Assembly: GCA_927435855.1 (NCBI GenBank)
Contig: CAKMJZ010000001.1
Location: forward strand, 9,297-73,296
Direction of reading: 5' to 3'
Length of the DNA: 64,000 nucleotides
Source: an uncultured Erysipelotrichaceae bacterium
Lineage (GTDB): Bacteria; Bacillota_I; Bacilli_A; Erysipelotrichales; Erysipelotrichaceae
Made by a program: the position numbers and the translations under genes. Positions within the stretch are counted from its first letter, which is position 1; every line of letters starts with the position of its first letter. Shown here in pieces: positions 63,861-64,000 of this stretch. The notes under the pieces are model-generated. The model worked only from the letters and a program-made list of their open reading frames with translations, ran no database searches and was not told the origin of the DNA.

Positions 63861-64000
63861 TATAAAATTGAAACAACTTTATATTCCTTTTCCTCAAGCA
63901 ATTTACGGACTCTGTTTTTATCGAGTTCATCACAACGCAATACCATTTCACTGATACCATTACGATGAGCCGCAAAATGGGTGATATTGATATTCTTTTC
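63860..64000 (-). CDS. 3' end of a gene cut by the window edge (ACT-domain-like C-terminus, tentative)
   Basis: Open minus-strand frame from the window edge: ...NITHFAAHRNGISEMVLRCDELDKNRVRKLLEEKEYKVVSIL*, with a TAG stop at 63860-63862. Confidence 0.4.
   Translation of the reverse strand, partial: EKNINITHFAAHRNGISEMVLRCDELDKNRVRKLLEEKEYKVVSIL

Overview
64-kb chromosomal window from a low-GC Gram-positive (Bacillota) organism. This is inferred from AGGAGG-type ribosome binding sites, FabK-based type II fatty acid synthesis, a purine riboswitch, cre-like boxes and a PucR-type regulator. No transposase, integrase, phage, CRISPR or rRNA signal was seen. Left third (7.1-18 kb, minus strand): a complete acpP-accBCDA-fabH-fabK-(fabK paralog)-fabD-fabG-fabF-fabZ-plsC operon, divergent from birA, which carries a BirA-type operator. 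Middle (19-32 kb): housekeeping and miscellaneous genes, namely an S8 protease, amidohydrolase, YggT-like and CvpA-like proteins, an FAD oxidoreductase, three lipoproteins (two rhodanese-like), ndk, Fe-ADHs and a methyltransferase. Most interesting part (32.1-57.4 kb): a large N-heterocycle/purine-type catabolic island. It contains an acetamidase plus a frameshifted VUT/YhhQ transporter, a TAXI-TRAP transporter, and a 9-gene operon. That operon combines an AtzD/barbiturase-family ring-opening amidohydrolase, two deaminase-type amidohydrolases, an esterase, an LctP-family permease and an FdrA/DUF1116(x2)/DUF2877 set (AllFGH-like putative carbamoyltransferase). The island also holds a PucR-family regulator, a guanine-type purine riboswitch controlling a PbuG/AzgA-type permease, and a xanthine-dehydrogenase-type molybdoenzyme operon with MocA and two unusual accessory genes. 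Canonical allantoin-pathway genes and carbamate kinase are absent from the window, so the island does not look like a described purine, pyrimidine or s-triazine pathway. It is my main candidate for an undescribed system. Right end: zinc peptidase, SpeE-like protein, ribokinase, MhqO-like dioxygenase plus MarR, a lipoprotein, tRNA-Leu(UAG) and a HAD phosphatase. All family assignments come from motif recognition by eye and from memory; no database search was run.
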